Shown here: piece after piece, positions 11,848-22,531 of the stretch
Numbering within the stretch: the first letter of the stretch is position 1
How the letters are laid out: each line of letters opens with the position of its first letter
The notes under the pieces: model-generated
Told to the model about the DNA's origin: nothing
The model's input: the letters and a program-made list of their open reading frames with translations, nothing else
Databases searched by the model: none
Position numbers and translations under genes: made by a program
From: Raillietiella orientalis
Lineage: Eukaryota
Assembly: GCA_036172245.1 (NCBI GenBank)
Contig: JAYWIR010000001.1
Span: 1,178,001 to 1,242,000 of the forward strand
Length of the DNA stretch: 64,000 bases
Direction of reading: 5' to 3'

Positions 11848-11901
11848 GTAAAAGCGGGAACTTGGTGCTTCCCGCCCTCCCCCCAACGCAGGTGCTTTCA
11901 G

Positions 11902-11949
11902 AATACCGCCTTGTATCAGAGGATTCTCGACATGGCCGATTCGCTGCAG
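11902..11949 (+). CDS. CFAP61: CFAP61-like short exon
   Basis: tttcag acceptor, cag|gtaggg donor, phase 0/0; encodes NTALYQRILDMADSLQ. Supported mainly by splice signals and frame continuity. Confidence 0.7.
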
Positions 11950-12899
11950 GTAGGGACGTGCAGCGAGCGACTGCGAAGCCTTCCAGGGTGCTACGAGTCC
12001 GTGGACGCCTCGCGAGGCGGTTGCGATGCAGCGAGCGACGTCCGTCCGCTGGACTGCTGCGAATCCGTGAACGCCGCGCGAGGTGGTCGCTGGCACGTCG
12101 TCTTCCTTTCGGGTGCACGGATGGGGTGGGAACACGTGGGCTGCTTGGAGGAGGCGAAGCCCTTCCGTACTGCACTTTGGATGCAGGCGGCTCCGCCACC
12201 TCATCTGCTGCCGCATCCGTCCGTCGCTTCTAATCGGCGCCTTGGACCATCTGCAAGTGGCGTGCCTGGTCCTCGTCTGGCTGCCGGTTTGAGTTCTCTC
12301 CTGAGCAGAGGTTTTCGCTTTGTCTTCCACTGACCTCCCGACGCTGAGGAGGATGCGGTGTCCAAGAACGCGGGACTTTGTCGGTCTTTGCGGGGAACCG
12401 TAGGAGTCCATGCGGTTTGCGAGGTGGTGGCTATACTCTCGGATTCCCGGACAGGTTCTTTGCCAGCCGCGGTCGTCTTCCGTCGCCGCCGCCGCCGCCG
12501 CCGCAGCAGCAGCAGCATTGCATGTCTCACCAGCACATGGGGGGGTCACCACCAGGGTCCCCGTCGTGAGCTGCAGCCCTCGCAGCTTTGTCCGGCTCCC
12601 TGAAGTGATAGCATCATTCGCCAGCAGCCACTCCAAAAGGGAGAGAGGGTCTGAGACTTACTCACTCTACCCCCGGACTCGTCAAAGCGACGTCTCAACG
12701 AGGCTTCTCGGCGCTCGTTCTTCCTTCGCGCTTCTGGAACTTCCGTTCCCTAGCCGGATCCTCAGCGTGCCCGCCCTTCCGTTCTTCCCTGCTTTTCCGA
12801 AATTCGTTTCCCGCGCGCCCACTCTGAAAGGAACAGATCCACGAACGTCCAGCGTCCGCGCTTCCCCGGCACGCAACATCGGCTTCCTTTCCGCGTCGG

Positions 12900-13620
12900 G
12901 AGCCGGGACCCTCAGGCGTGGAACCTGCTGTGCGCGCGCGCTTCGATCCAGCCCGGTTCCTGGTAGATCTGGATGCTGCGCGCCGGAGAATCGCGCTTCT
13001 CGCTTGCACTGCACCCATGGAAGTGTGTACAGCCCCTCTTCGACGGACTCGCGCGGAGGTGATCCCTTTCTTAGCTTCACCAATGCGGGCAGGGGCTCCC
13101 CAGGCGGCGGGCGGCCGTCTCTTCCCCTATCCTCGTCGGTCGGCGGAGCTCGAAGACTCTCTTTTTTTCTTCTCCCCCCTCCCCCCCTCCGCGAAAACGG
13201 AGTCACAGTTCGCTTCCATCCCTCAGGGTGCACGCACGCGGCCTCTGACATCTAGCGTCACTCCCCCCCCCCCCACCTGCTCTCTTCCCCGTTGTCTCCA
13301 CCCCGTCGTCGCCTTGCAGGCCGGCATTGCTTCGGAGCCGCGTGGACACGCCGGTAGAGAGCAGACTCGTGCGGAGGAAATGGGAGAGGAGCTGGAGTTT
13401 TCGCTCCGGGTGGTGGTTTTCTTTGGTACTCCTGAGGAAGCCCTCAGGAGATCTCCGAGCCGAAACTTCCCGCCGCCGCGGGTGTTTCCTTTCTCCTTCC
13501 GCAGGCCCGAGCGGTCCCCACGAGAGAGAGAGCTTTTTGTTGTCTCCTGCAACCCGCCGCGCGCACGTTTCGATCCGGCTCGGCTCCTCCCGAGAGGCCG
13601 GGATGCTGCGCGCCGCCGTT
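12900..13620 (+). repeat. Degenerate local direct duplication (about 12920-12990 and 13550-13620)
   Basis: GCGCGC...TTCGATCC(A/G)GC(C/T)CGG(T/C)TCCT...GGATGCTGCGCGCCG occurs twice about 630 bp apart. Confidence 0.65.
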
Positions 13621-15806
13621 TCCGTTCGGACGGGAGACGGAACCGCCGTTGCCGACTCCGTCGTCGCTTCGCTTTGTCTCTCCCCACCCCCGTCGAGAGC
13701 CCGCGGGGGGGCGTGCCATCGCGCGGATTCCTTCTTCCCCCTCCCCCTCCCGGCTTTCCCGGCTGGTTTGCCCCGCGGAAACACGGAAAGCGCGCGCGCG
13801 GCTGTCCTCCGCGCGGCAGCTTCTTCCTTCCGCCGCGGGGCGGCGCTCCTCCCTCCCTTCCCTCGGAAGCCCCACTCGCCCTCAAAACCCGGATGTCTGG
13901 AATTCGCAAGCAGGAGGATGCCGGAATTCATAAGGAAGTGAATCCCGGGATGTCCTCTCCCGTGGCGACCTCCTGGGAAAGGCTGCCCCACCTCCGCCGC
14001 GCAGCTCGGCGGTCGGGGTAGCGCCCGGCCCGTCCACCGCCAGATGACGCATGATCCACGCCTCCCGGGGGAGGAAGACGTTTCCGGCCCGCGGATGGGG
14101 ACCGCTCGTACTCTCGCGACCTTCCCACTCCAGCCGGTTGCTTCCCTTCGTGCCATGTGAGGTGACGGCGCAAAGCATCCGACGAGGCCGACTTGCCCGG
14201 GGGCGCTTCAGTTTCTCCTCCTCCGGACCCCTCCGCCCAGCGGATCTCTGCGCGGCTTCGGTTGTTCTCCCCCCCCCCCAAACAGCCGGACCGCCCCCTT
14301 GAGATTTTGCTGCAGGCGAAGTAGGAGGGCGGTGGGGCCGTCGTGACAACTCTTGGTTCTGCTGCGTCCCTCGCCGCGGCTGGAAGCACCACGGAAACCT
14401 CAGCCTCCTTCGGGACCAACTTCTCGCTGCCTCGCCTTCCCAGAGGTCGCTGGACGCGCTTGTCCTCGCAACAACAATGAGATATTATTGGCTTCCGTAA
14501 ATATCCAGGAGGCATCCTCGCCGCGTCCGTGTGTAGTCCCGTGATCAGTCCACAAGCAGGCAGCGTCCTCGATGAGTTTCCAGCAGTACCGCAGCGCGCT
14601 GGACGCCGACGCGGAACTGCAGAGCGCAACCGTCGGGCAGCCGGGGGGCCAGTCGGAGAGGAGGGTCGCTTGTACGATCGGAGGAGGGGCTGAGTATTTT
14701 ATTCTTGCACCCCCATTCTGGCCATGGACCCCGAGCTCGACTTCCTTTGCGGACGTCCGCTGTGCCCTCAGGGCGAAGACTTCGGAAGATTCGCTTCAGG
14801 GAGGTCGTCTGCCTTTCCCCCCACTCCCTCGTCCGCCAGAGCGATCTCCCCGGAAGATCGGGGCATTTCCACGGAAACGGGGCGAGCGACTCTCCTCGTC
14901 ATCTCCGACCCCTTCGAGCCACCCGCCACGGGAGTTCGCGACGCTCTGTGCAACCGACCCCCCCCCCCTCCCGGCTACCTGGCCTCACAAGAGTCCAATA
15001 GAGAACCATCTCGTCTCATTCTCCGTCCGCGCGACCATCCTCGGTCAAATCCGGGTCTTTGGATCCGCGGAAAGCCTGCGGATCCGTCCGGCAGCAAGCA
15101 GCCGCTTAAGAATGGAAGAGGGAAGCGCTGTGGGTGCACGCCGTCCGCGAGGACCCGGCGTTTCCCGGCGTGCCAGGCGCGGATTGCGACACGCCCGGGG
15201 TGACTCGCCGACCGGTGGTGGATTCCACCGCTGACAGGGGACCGTCCGTCCGCTGGCAAGTTTGCTTCACTTGGACTGACGTCATAGCTCGCGAGGACTT
15301 TTTGACGAATGCCGGAGGACACTGGGGCCGCTGCCCCCTCCGCTGCTTGCCAGTAGTCTGTCTCCTCTGGAAAGCGTGTCTTCACGCAGTGACTCTTGAG
15401 GGACGGCAGGATGCGTGCTCTTCGGGCCAATTTGCGATTGTGAGTCGGGTCGCTCCCAACTCACTTCAGGAGTCTTCCGCAGACAGCGGCGCTAGCTGCA
15501 AGGACCTTTCGTTCGCAAGCGTGCCTCGTATTGCTAAAGAAAGCAGCGCGCCGTTGTGCTGGGTTCCGGAGGTACCGCTGCTCGCGTGTAGATGGCGCGC
15601 TTTATCCCTTCCCCGCCTTCACATTTGCTCCCTCCTGGAATCGCACCCGTTCTCCCCGCCCGCCAACCGCTCCCCTCAAGGATGGATTTGCTGGCGGGCG
15701 GTTCGCATCTCCGCTGCGGGCCATATGAGCGCTGTCCTCGGCGCTGCGGAAGGAACGTGCGCGCCTGCACCCCACCGCGGCGCTGCTCACATGTCCTCTG
15801 TTGCAG

Positions 15807-15968
15807 TTGAGGAACGTCGGGGACGACCCCGAGCTGTGCAGGGAGCTGAAGGAAGTTTTCTTCGCGTCCACCCTGAGGGAGGAGGTCAAGGAAGGTGTAC
15901 TAGCCTTCCTGGAAGGTCACAGGGACCAGCTGACTGTCTACGCCACCCGACTGCAGCTGCCCCACTGA
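15807..15968 (+). CDS. CFAP61: CFAP61-like terminal exon with stop (not shown in the ORF track)
   Basis: gttgcag acceptor, phase 0. LRNVGDDPELCRELKEVFFASTLREEVKEGVLAFLEGHRDQLTVYATRLQLPH* resembles the CFAP61 end (YLKRVFEESIYKTLVERSTLDYLHYNRYHLPMYA). The 11 exons sum to 2103 nt, 701 codons including TGA. Confidence 0.85.
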   Translation: MRNVGDDPELCRELKEVFFASTLREEVKEGVLAFLEGHRDQLTVYATRLQLPH

Positions 15969-16489
15969 CTCTCTCCGCCCATCCCGCGACTGGTCTGGAG
16001 GCTCCCGAAAGAAATATACCCCTGGGGTCGAGGAGCTGCGTCTTGGGGCGCGCCCGCGAGGTTGGCACAGGCCCCTGAAGAAAGAGAGCGCAAGGGTGGC
16101 TCTCCGGGTGCCTCGTGTCGCCACTTCGGGGTGGCTTCCTGCTCGCCAAGGAGAGGCTTGGGATGACCCTGCGTCCAGAGGTCAAAAGTTCTTCTCGGAA
16201 AGCTCCCGGAAGGCGTCGTCCCGGGAGACAAGCAGGGTTTCTCCTGATCCAAGAGCGCAGAGCGCTCGCCGGTGGCGGCCGGGTCAGTGGGTCGAGGGGC
16301 CGGTCCGCGCCGCCGCCGCCGCCGCCGCCGCCGCCCGGGGCCATGACGGACGAGGAGCTCTTCTCCCAGGAGGGAGGCGACGAAGGCGCCGCCGCCCGCC
16401 GGTCGGGGAATTCGGCGCGCTTCTCTCGAGCGCGGCCCGGGGTCGTCGCCGGACGCGACGTTAGCAGTTTGCCCCCAGGCATCTTTCCG

Positions 16490-16570
16490 TGACGTAACGC
16501 AGAGCAAACACGGAGCGATCTCTGCTGATCTGTTGATTGGCATCCCCGATAAGAGTTATCTCTTGTTTGC
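16490..16570 (+). promoter_or_regulatory. Candidate promoter motif cluster upstream of NK2.2 exon 1a
   Basis: Within 80 bp: TGACGTAA (16490), GCAAACA (16504) and TGTTTGC (16564; forkhead-type), ATTGG (16536), GATAAG (16548) and TTATCT (16556; GATA pair). Lies about 130 bp before ATG 16700. Confidence 0.4.
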
Positions 16571-16699
16571 GCCCATCCGAGGATGAGGAGAAAAAGCGGC
16601 CCGGCGAGCGCCGCCGGTCGATCGGCGCCTCTCGCACAGGGAGGTGGCGCGCGTTCCCTCGGGCCCGCCCCTGGTGACACGCAGTGACTCCGGCCCGCC

Positions 16700-16809
16700 A
16701 TGAGCACGTACGAGACCCCCGAGTACGCGTACCTGACCCAGGACGACGCGCTCCAGCCCCTCTGGCAGCAGTTTTCGTCCCTGTCGTCCCTGGAAGAGGA
16801 GTACCTCAG
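16700..16809 (+). CDS. Candidate distal alternative first coding exon (1a) of NK2.2/vnd
   Basis: cccgccATG context, strong GC3 bias, MSTYETPEYAYLTQDDALQPLWQQFSSLSSLEEEYLR, CAG|gtcagt donor in phase 2, matching the phase-2 acceptor at 20383. No homology support. Confidence 0.55.
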
Positions 16810-17504
16810 GTCAGTAGTCCTCCCCCTTTCGCGCGGCCACCCGCTCCCACCCCCAAGCACTCCCCCTCCCCTTGGAGGAAAGTGGGAGGGAGCAGGAAAA
16901 AAGGAAGAGTCGCGCGCGCGCGCGCAAGATCGGACCGAACGCGCAGGCGCAGGTGGCAGCGGGAGGCTGGTGGCCGCGCGCGATTCGGCGCCGAGGCTTC
17001 CCCTCCTCTCCCGGACAGGAAGGTCGCGCTCTCGGCCCCGCTCGGAGGCGCTTCGCCGCTACCCGCTGGCATCTCCCCCGGCAGCCCTTCCCGATCCGGC
17101 TGGGAGACGCTTCAGCGGTCAGTGACGATGAGTCGGCCAGGCGATCCGCGGTGCCGACACGGACGGCAGGACGGAGGCCGTCTGGGGCCTTCCGAAAGAG
17201 AGGCCGCACACGAGCCGCCTTCGACCGCGCGCGAGCGAGCGATGCAGCCGTTCCACCCGTGATGTCCCAGGCTCGCGGCAGGAGAGGTCCCCTCCAGCCG
17301 TGAGGGATTGTCTCCGGCACGTAAGCCCCGCCATCCCGACCGGGACGGTGTCGCCCGGGAATGCTTCAGGAGCGGCGACATGATCTCCCACGAGGGCGAG
17401 GTCGAACCCGCCCTGCCTCGTGTCGTCAGCTGACGGCCCCGGAGTCGCTGCTCCAGAAGGAGAAGGGGAGTAGGCGGGCGCCGTCCTTGGACGTCCGAGG
17501 AGGA

Positions 17505-17655
17505 ATGGGGAGCGGGGAGAGAGAACTGATCAGGGAACGAAAAAGGAGGAAGGGAAGAAAAAGGAAAGAGGAGGAAGGGAGAAGGAGGGAGAAAGGGAGA
17601 AAAAAGGAAGGAAAAGAAGGAGGAAAAAGGGAAGAGAGGGAGGAGGAGGAAAGAA
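17505..17655. repeat. GA-rich homopurine tract
   Basis: About 150 bp almost entirely G/A on the + strand. Confidence 0.85.
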
Positions 17656-20064
17656 TCCCAGTCTCCCGGTTCCCGATATGTTCTCCGGGAGTGACGACAG
17701 GCACGCCCGGATTCCTGGCAGCTCCGAAAGCCCCCCAGCGGGCGTGTCGAGCGCCATCGCCGCAGCCAAGGCAGTGCAGTGAACTGCGGGAGGGAGGCCG
17801 GGGGCGCGCCCTGTCGGCGGAGGGTCGCCCACGTGACCCGCGATGCCGACGTCACACTGCTTTCTCCGAGCACCGCTGCTCGCGCGTGTGGCGGGTATTC
17901 CCTCGGCCGTCCGGGAGCGGCCCCGGGCGGAGGGTGGGAGTGGCGTGGCCAGAAGGGATCTCTTTCCAGGCGGCCCGTCTATCCGGGGTGAGTCCTTTGC
18001 GGGCGACGGACACGCGCGGCGCGGGGGAGAGACGGAAAGGAAAGCGAGGGCAAAGCTCCAGGTCGATGGAGCTCGGGTTTCCAGGAAACTCTTCGCCTCC
18101 GCCCTCTCCCTGCTGCCTCTCGGACTCCCGCACTCGACCGATGGGAGCGACCACGTGTCCGCCCCCTTTCTCCCCCCCCCGTCATCCCCGGCAGCGTGCG
18201 CTTCCCTGAGGGTTGCCTCCGCACCTCCGGATGCAGCGTCCTCGCGAGGGGTCACTGTGCTGAGCAGGGGAAGGAGGAGCGCATGGGGGTAGTGGGAAGG
18301 ACACTCTCTCGCCTGGGGCGCCGCGTTGATCGGCCGCAATGCTGCCGCCGCCGCCGCCGTGCGTGGCCCGTGAGACAGCTTGACGCCAGCGCCTGGGGCG
18401 CGGGACGGAAGGGTCGGCGAGCGGGGCACAGCTTGGGGCGGAGAACGCTCGACTGAGCGAGCGGGGGTGGGGGAGGGGGGGTTCCGCGGGCTGGGGCGTC
18501 CGTCCGTCCCCACGCTGTCTCGGGCGGGCGGACCTCCACTGACGATACGCCGGAGGGTGGGTGGTCCGCGCGCAGCGGGAAGGGGCGAAAGGATTGGGGC
18601 CGGGTAAATTGGGCGCGCCGAAATCCGGCGCTCCTCGAGAGATTAGAGGGGGGGGGGGGGGGCGTTGCAGAAAACCTGGTGGAGCGCTTCTCCGTCCCAC
18701 CCTTCCGCGCACCCTCTCGGACGACCGCTCAACGATGGGGGGGTCGCCTACCTCGTCCACTCCTTTCCTGCAGGAAGAGAGCGAGCGACGGGGCACCAGC
18801 AGTCTGCTGACCTCCTCTTTCCCTCCAGGGTCTCCGGGCGTCCAAGGCGGTCGGCGGGTAAAGGGCGGAGTCGTTCGCCCCAGGCGGCGGCGGCGGCGCC
18901 ACGCCGTCTGCAGCCTTCTCCCGTCTGCCGGCGGGGCTACCCTGGGGGCGGGGGCGGAAAGCGGCATATTCGAGGTCCCTGCGGGGAAACCTCCCGAGGG
19001 GACCGGGCCGATCCCATCAGGTCACTTGCTCGGGGTCAGCCCTCAAGCAGCGCTGCGTGCGAGCGCATAGGAAAAGGAGAGGATGAAGGGGGTGAGGGAC
19101 ACCGGCCCGTGACCGCCACCTCGCCTGCAGCAGCATCCCCCGCGGGCACCTCCTCGCTCGCGGGCCGGAGCAGTGCGCTAATGCCGTGCCCCCATTGTGC
19201 AGTCACGCACTTCCTGTTTACAGGGGTCGCCGTCGCCCCTAATCCCCCTTTCCCGAGGAGCGAACCTCCCTTGTAGGGGTGGGGGTGAGACTGGAGGGAG
19301 GGCCGCCTGGAGCGGGCGGGGAGCGGGAGAAAGGGGGAAGAAGGACCCGCTGGGATGAGGTGGGGTCGGGAAACCGATCCCAACTCCTGAGGCTCCCCGT
19401 TCTCCCCCCGACCCTTCCTCCCTCCCTTCACCCGGGGCGCACCGAGGTGTAGCCCGAGGAGAGGGAGGGATGGGAGCAAGGAGGAGGACTTACTCTTCCG
19501 TTCCTGCTCCGAGTCCCCCCCTCCTCCCTCCCTGTCAGCGGTCGCTGCCGGGAGGAACCACCGCCTCCTCTTCTGCGCGTGGCGGCAGCAGCAGCGAGGG
19601 AGGCGCTTCTTTTGTCCGTGAGCAGCTATGCGAACCCATTGGCTGCAGAGCGCCGGCGTCCGGAGCGGCGATTGGAGGAGCTGCCTGCGGACGCCCCACC
19701 CCCTTCTCCGTGCGTCCGGCCCCTCGAGCGGCGGTGGCGGTGCTCTCTCCGTCGCTCTCGCTTCCGCGCTCGCGGCGGGGAATCCAAGCAGAGCGGGGAA
19801 GCGAAGGGAGAGAGAAAGGGGGAGAGGAAGGGAGGGAGAGGCATGCGCCTCCCCCCTCCTCCTCCTCCTCGCCTGGCCGGCGGGGCGAGAGCCGGTCCAT
19901 TCCGCGCGTGACTCTCGAGCGAGGCGCGCCGTCCGAGAACGGGAGATGCGCGTCGTCGCTGTGTGCGGTCGGCGGCAGCAGCAGCAGCAGCAGACACTCC
20001 GAACGGCGGCTCCCGGTGGTGGAGGCTGCGGCACCAGCAGCGCGGCGGCGGCTGTCCGGTCGCC

Positions 20065-20153
20065 ATGGAAGCGCCCTTCTCCCTCCTGGAGAGGCTGCGA
20101 TACCTCAATCTGTGCCTGGCGCTGTACCCGCACCTCTACTCTAGGCTGTTCAG
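20065..20153 (+). CDS. Candidate proximal alternative first coding exon (1b) of NK2.2/vnd
   Basis: gccATGg Kozak context, GC3-rich, MEAPFSLLERLRYLNLCLALYPHLYSRLFR, CAG|gtagaa donor in phase 2, matching acceptor 20383. No homology support. Confidence 0.5.
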
Positions 20154-20382
20154 GTAGAAGAAAAAAACAAAAAGTGGGGGTGGAGGGGGGAGGGAGGGAG
20201 GGGGGCATGAGCGCGCCCTAGGGACGGCGAGATGGAGGGGAGGGGGGTGGCATCCGTCCATTCGCTTGGGTAGGGAGTAAGAAGCGCGTGTACTCCTCCA
20301 CCACCATCCTTACCCCTTTGAACCCGCGGTTGCCAGGGAAATTCTCGCGCCTGCTCATGGCCCCTGCGGCGGCTGCTTGCAG

Positions 20383-20537
20383 GTCCTTCGACATGAAGAT
20401 GAACCTGGGCGGGGGCGTGAAGACGAGCTTCAACGTACGGGACATCCTGGACCTGCCCGACAGCGCGGCAGCGGTCCAGGAAGACGCGGCGGCCGTCGCC
20501 AAGCAACAGCAGCAGCAGCAGCAGCACGCCGCGGCTG
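20383..20537 (+). CDS. NKX2-2: NK2.2/vnd exon with TN (eh1) motif
   Basis: ttgcag acceptor, in-frame ATG at 20393. KTSFNVRDILDLP matches the NK2.2-type TN motif (KTGFSVKDILDLP). Poly-Q run; g|gtgagg donor, phase 1. Confidence 0.88.
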
Positions 20538-20649
20538 GTGAGGCGCGCCCCGCTCTGGCGCTTCATAGCGGCTCCTGACCGCGGCCCCTCCCCCTTCCTT
20601 CTTTCCCTCTTCGCGGTGGCTGTCGCCCGGGGTGCGTGCTCCCATGCAG

Positions 20650-20835
20650 ACCCCCTGGAGATCGACAAGATGGCCGACTTCTCCGACCTGCGGTACATCA
20701 GTCCCGCCCTCTTCGCAGCCCACGACGAGGACACCGCCCACAAGCATCATCATCATCATCAGCATCATCATCAGCAGCAGCAGCAGTTCCTCCGCTCCTG
20801 GAGCGCGGAGGTGGACGTCGCACCCTCCTACCAAG
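20650..20835 (+). CDS. NKX2-2: NK2.2/vnd exon (His/Gln-rich)
   Basis: atgcag acceptor and g|gtgagg donor, phase 1/1, open frame DPLEIDKMADFSDLRYISP...HHHHHQHHHQQQQQFLRSW. Confidence 0.78.
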
Positions 20836-20906
20836 GTGAGGGCACCCGTCCCCACCCCAGAAATCCCCACGCGGCGGTGCGCATACGAGCCCCCCTCCTC
20901 TTCCAG

Positions 20907-21355
20907 TGCTGTCGTCGCTCCCCGTAAGCTTCCCCCTGCAGCTCAGCCCGGACACTACCTGCGCAACCCCGAACAGGGTGACCCCGGCGTCGCCCCCGGC
21001 ATCCCCCGCCAGCCGGGTGCCTCCGCGCCCCGCCGCCCCATCCTCATCCGGAGGCAGCACCCCGCCGGACAGCACTCGGGTGCTGGACAAGGAGGTCGAC
21101 GGCGGCGGCGGGGGCGCGGCCGGGGAGGACGACGAAGACGCGGAGGAAGGGGCAGACGAGGGGGAGGAAGGGGGGACGGTTCGCCCTCCATCCTTGGCCC
21201 CTCCCCCCGGCGGCGGCGCCAAGAAGCGGAAGTCGCGCGTCCTCTTCTCCAAGATGCAGACCTTCGAGCTGGAGAAGCGATTCCGACAGCAGCGCTACCT
21301 GTCCGCCCCCGAACGGGAGCATCTGGCCAGCGTCATCCAGCTGACCCCCACCCAG
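20907..21355 (+). CDS. NKX2-2: NK2.2/vnd exon with homeodomain residues 1-44
   Basis: ttccag acceptor, phase 1. Acidic tract, then [44 protein letters not shown]; cag|gtaact donor. Confidence 0.95.
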
Positions 21356-21407
21356 GTAACTCTCCGGGCGGCAGCGCCTCCATCACTTCCCCCCTCTCTG
21401 TCCACAG

Positions 21408-21995
21408 GTCAAGATCTGGTTCCAGAACCACCGGTACAAGACCAAGCGCGCCCAGCACGAGCGGGGTCACAAGCTAGACTTGGAGGGCGTGACCTCCCCG
21501 AGGCGCATATCCGTCCCCGTCCTCGTCAGGGACGGAAAGCCCTGCGCCGCCGCCACCGCCGCCGCAGGAGGACGCGTGGCGGCCGCTGCTGCCGGGCCGC
21601 CGCCAGGACGGGGCTGCGACCCCCACGGGGGCAGGGGCGGCGTAGCGTCCGCGGTGCATCACCCTGCCCACCCCCACCACCCCCATCATCACCCTCACCA
21701 CCCGCACCATCACCATCCCCACCCCTACGCCCTGCAGCACTCGGCGGCTGCGGCCGCGGCGGCCGCCGCCGTCCTCTCCTCCGCAGTGACAGCCGGCGGG
21801 GGCGCCCTGAACGTGCCCGACCTGGCGCCCCTCAGTGGCGGTGGCGGCGCCGGAGGCCCCGTCGTCGTCCCGCCGCCACCGCCTTCGGCCGCCTCCCTTG
21901 CCCCCACCTCCCTCGCCTACGCCGCTGCCGCCGTCAACCTGGCGTCCCTCCCCTCCTACAGCCACCCCCTCATCTCCCAGCAGCGGTGGTGGTAG
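21408..21995 (+). CDS. NKX2-2: NK2.2/vnd terminal exon: helix 3, NK2-specific domain, stop
   Basis: After a 52-nt intron between homeodomain codons 44 and 45. [16 protein letters not shown] (Tyr54), [17 protein letters not shown] (NK2-SD), His/Pro and poly-Ala tracts, ends QQRWW*. Confidence 0.96.
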   Translation, partial: VKIWFQNHRYKTKRAQHERGHKLDLEGVTSPRRISVPVLVRDGKPCAAATAAAGGRVAAAAAGPPPGRGCDPHGGRGGVASAVHHPAHPHHPHHHPHHPHHHHPHPYALQHSAAAAAAAAAVLSSAVTAGGGALNVPDLAPLSGGGGAGGPVVVPPPPPSAASLAPTSLAYAAAAVNLASLPSYSHPLISQQRWW

Positions 21996-22531
21996 CCCCC
22001 CCGCTCCCTCCCCCTTCTCCACCCCCCCATCTTCCCCCCACAAACAGACCGACAAACAGATCCCACCCCTTCTTTTTTTGTACGAAATACACTCTTCTGG
22101 AAGCCAGAAAAAATGAGGTCCTGCTCGCGCGCACCCCCCGCCCTTCTCCCCCTCTCCGTCACCGCGGCGGGGAGGGACCGGGGCGCGCGCGCATCGATCG
22201 TCGCCGAGCGACGTGGGAAGGGGGGAGGGAGACGGACGACCCCTCGAGCTCTGCCGGAGGCGGGCGACCCCCTCGCACGGGCACTCCGCTCGAAAAAAAC
22301 AGGTCGCCGACCGATGACCCGCCCCTGCCCTCAGGAGGGCTGCGCAAGCAGTGCCCCCCCCCCCCAAACTCCTCTTTCCCTGACCACTCCCGCTCGCCTC
22401 GGCGGCTCCACCGCAGCCGCCGCCACTACCGAGGTCACCCGTCCTTTCTATGACCACCCCAGCATTCCCAAAAGCGAGCTAGCAGCGCTGCTGCACACCC
22501 TCCGGCCACAGCGATTGCGGACAGCCCTGCT

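Noticed and set aside
11539-12333. 264-aa ORF as a single exon
   Set aside because: It spans two in-frame 54-nt introns and runs past the donor at 11950 into non-homologous sequence.
14572-14700. Codon-biased segment MSFQQYRSALDADAELQSAT in the last CFAP61 intron as an extra exon
   Set aside because: In-frame stop just upstream, only weak donors, no homology, and the CFAP61 model is complete without it.
20906-22453. 515-aa ORF as the complete homeobox protein
   Set aside because: It reads through the 52-nt intron and leaves the true frame after TPTQ; helix 3 is in another frame starting at 21408.
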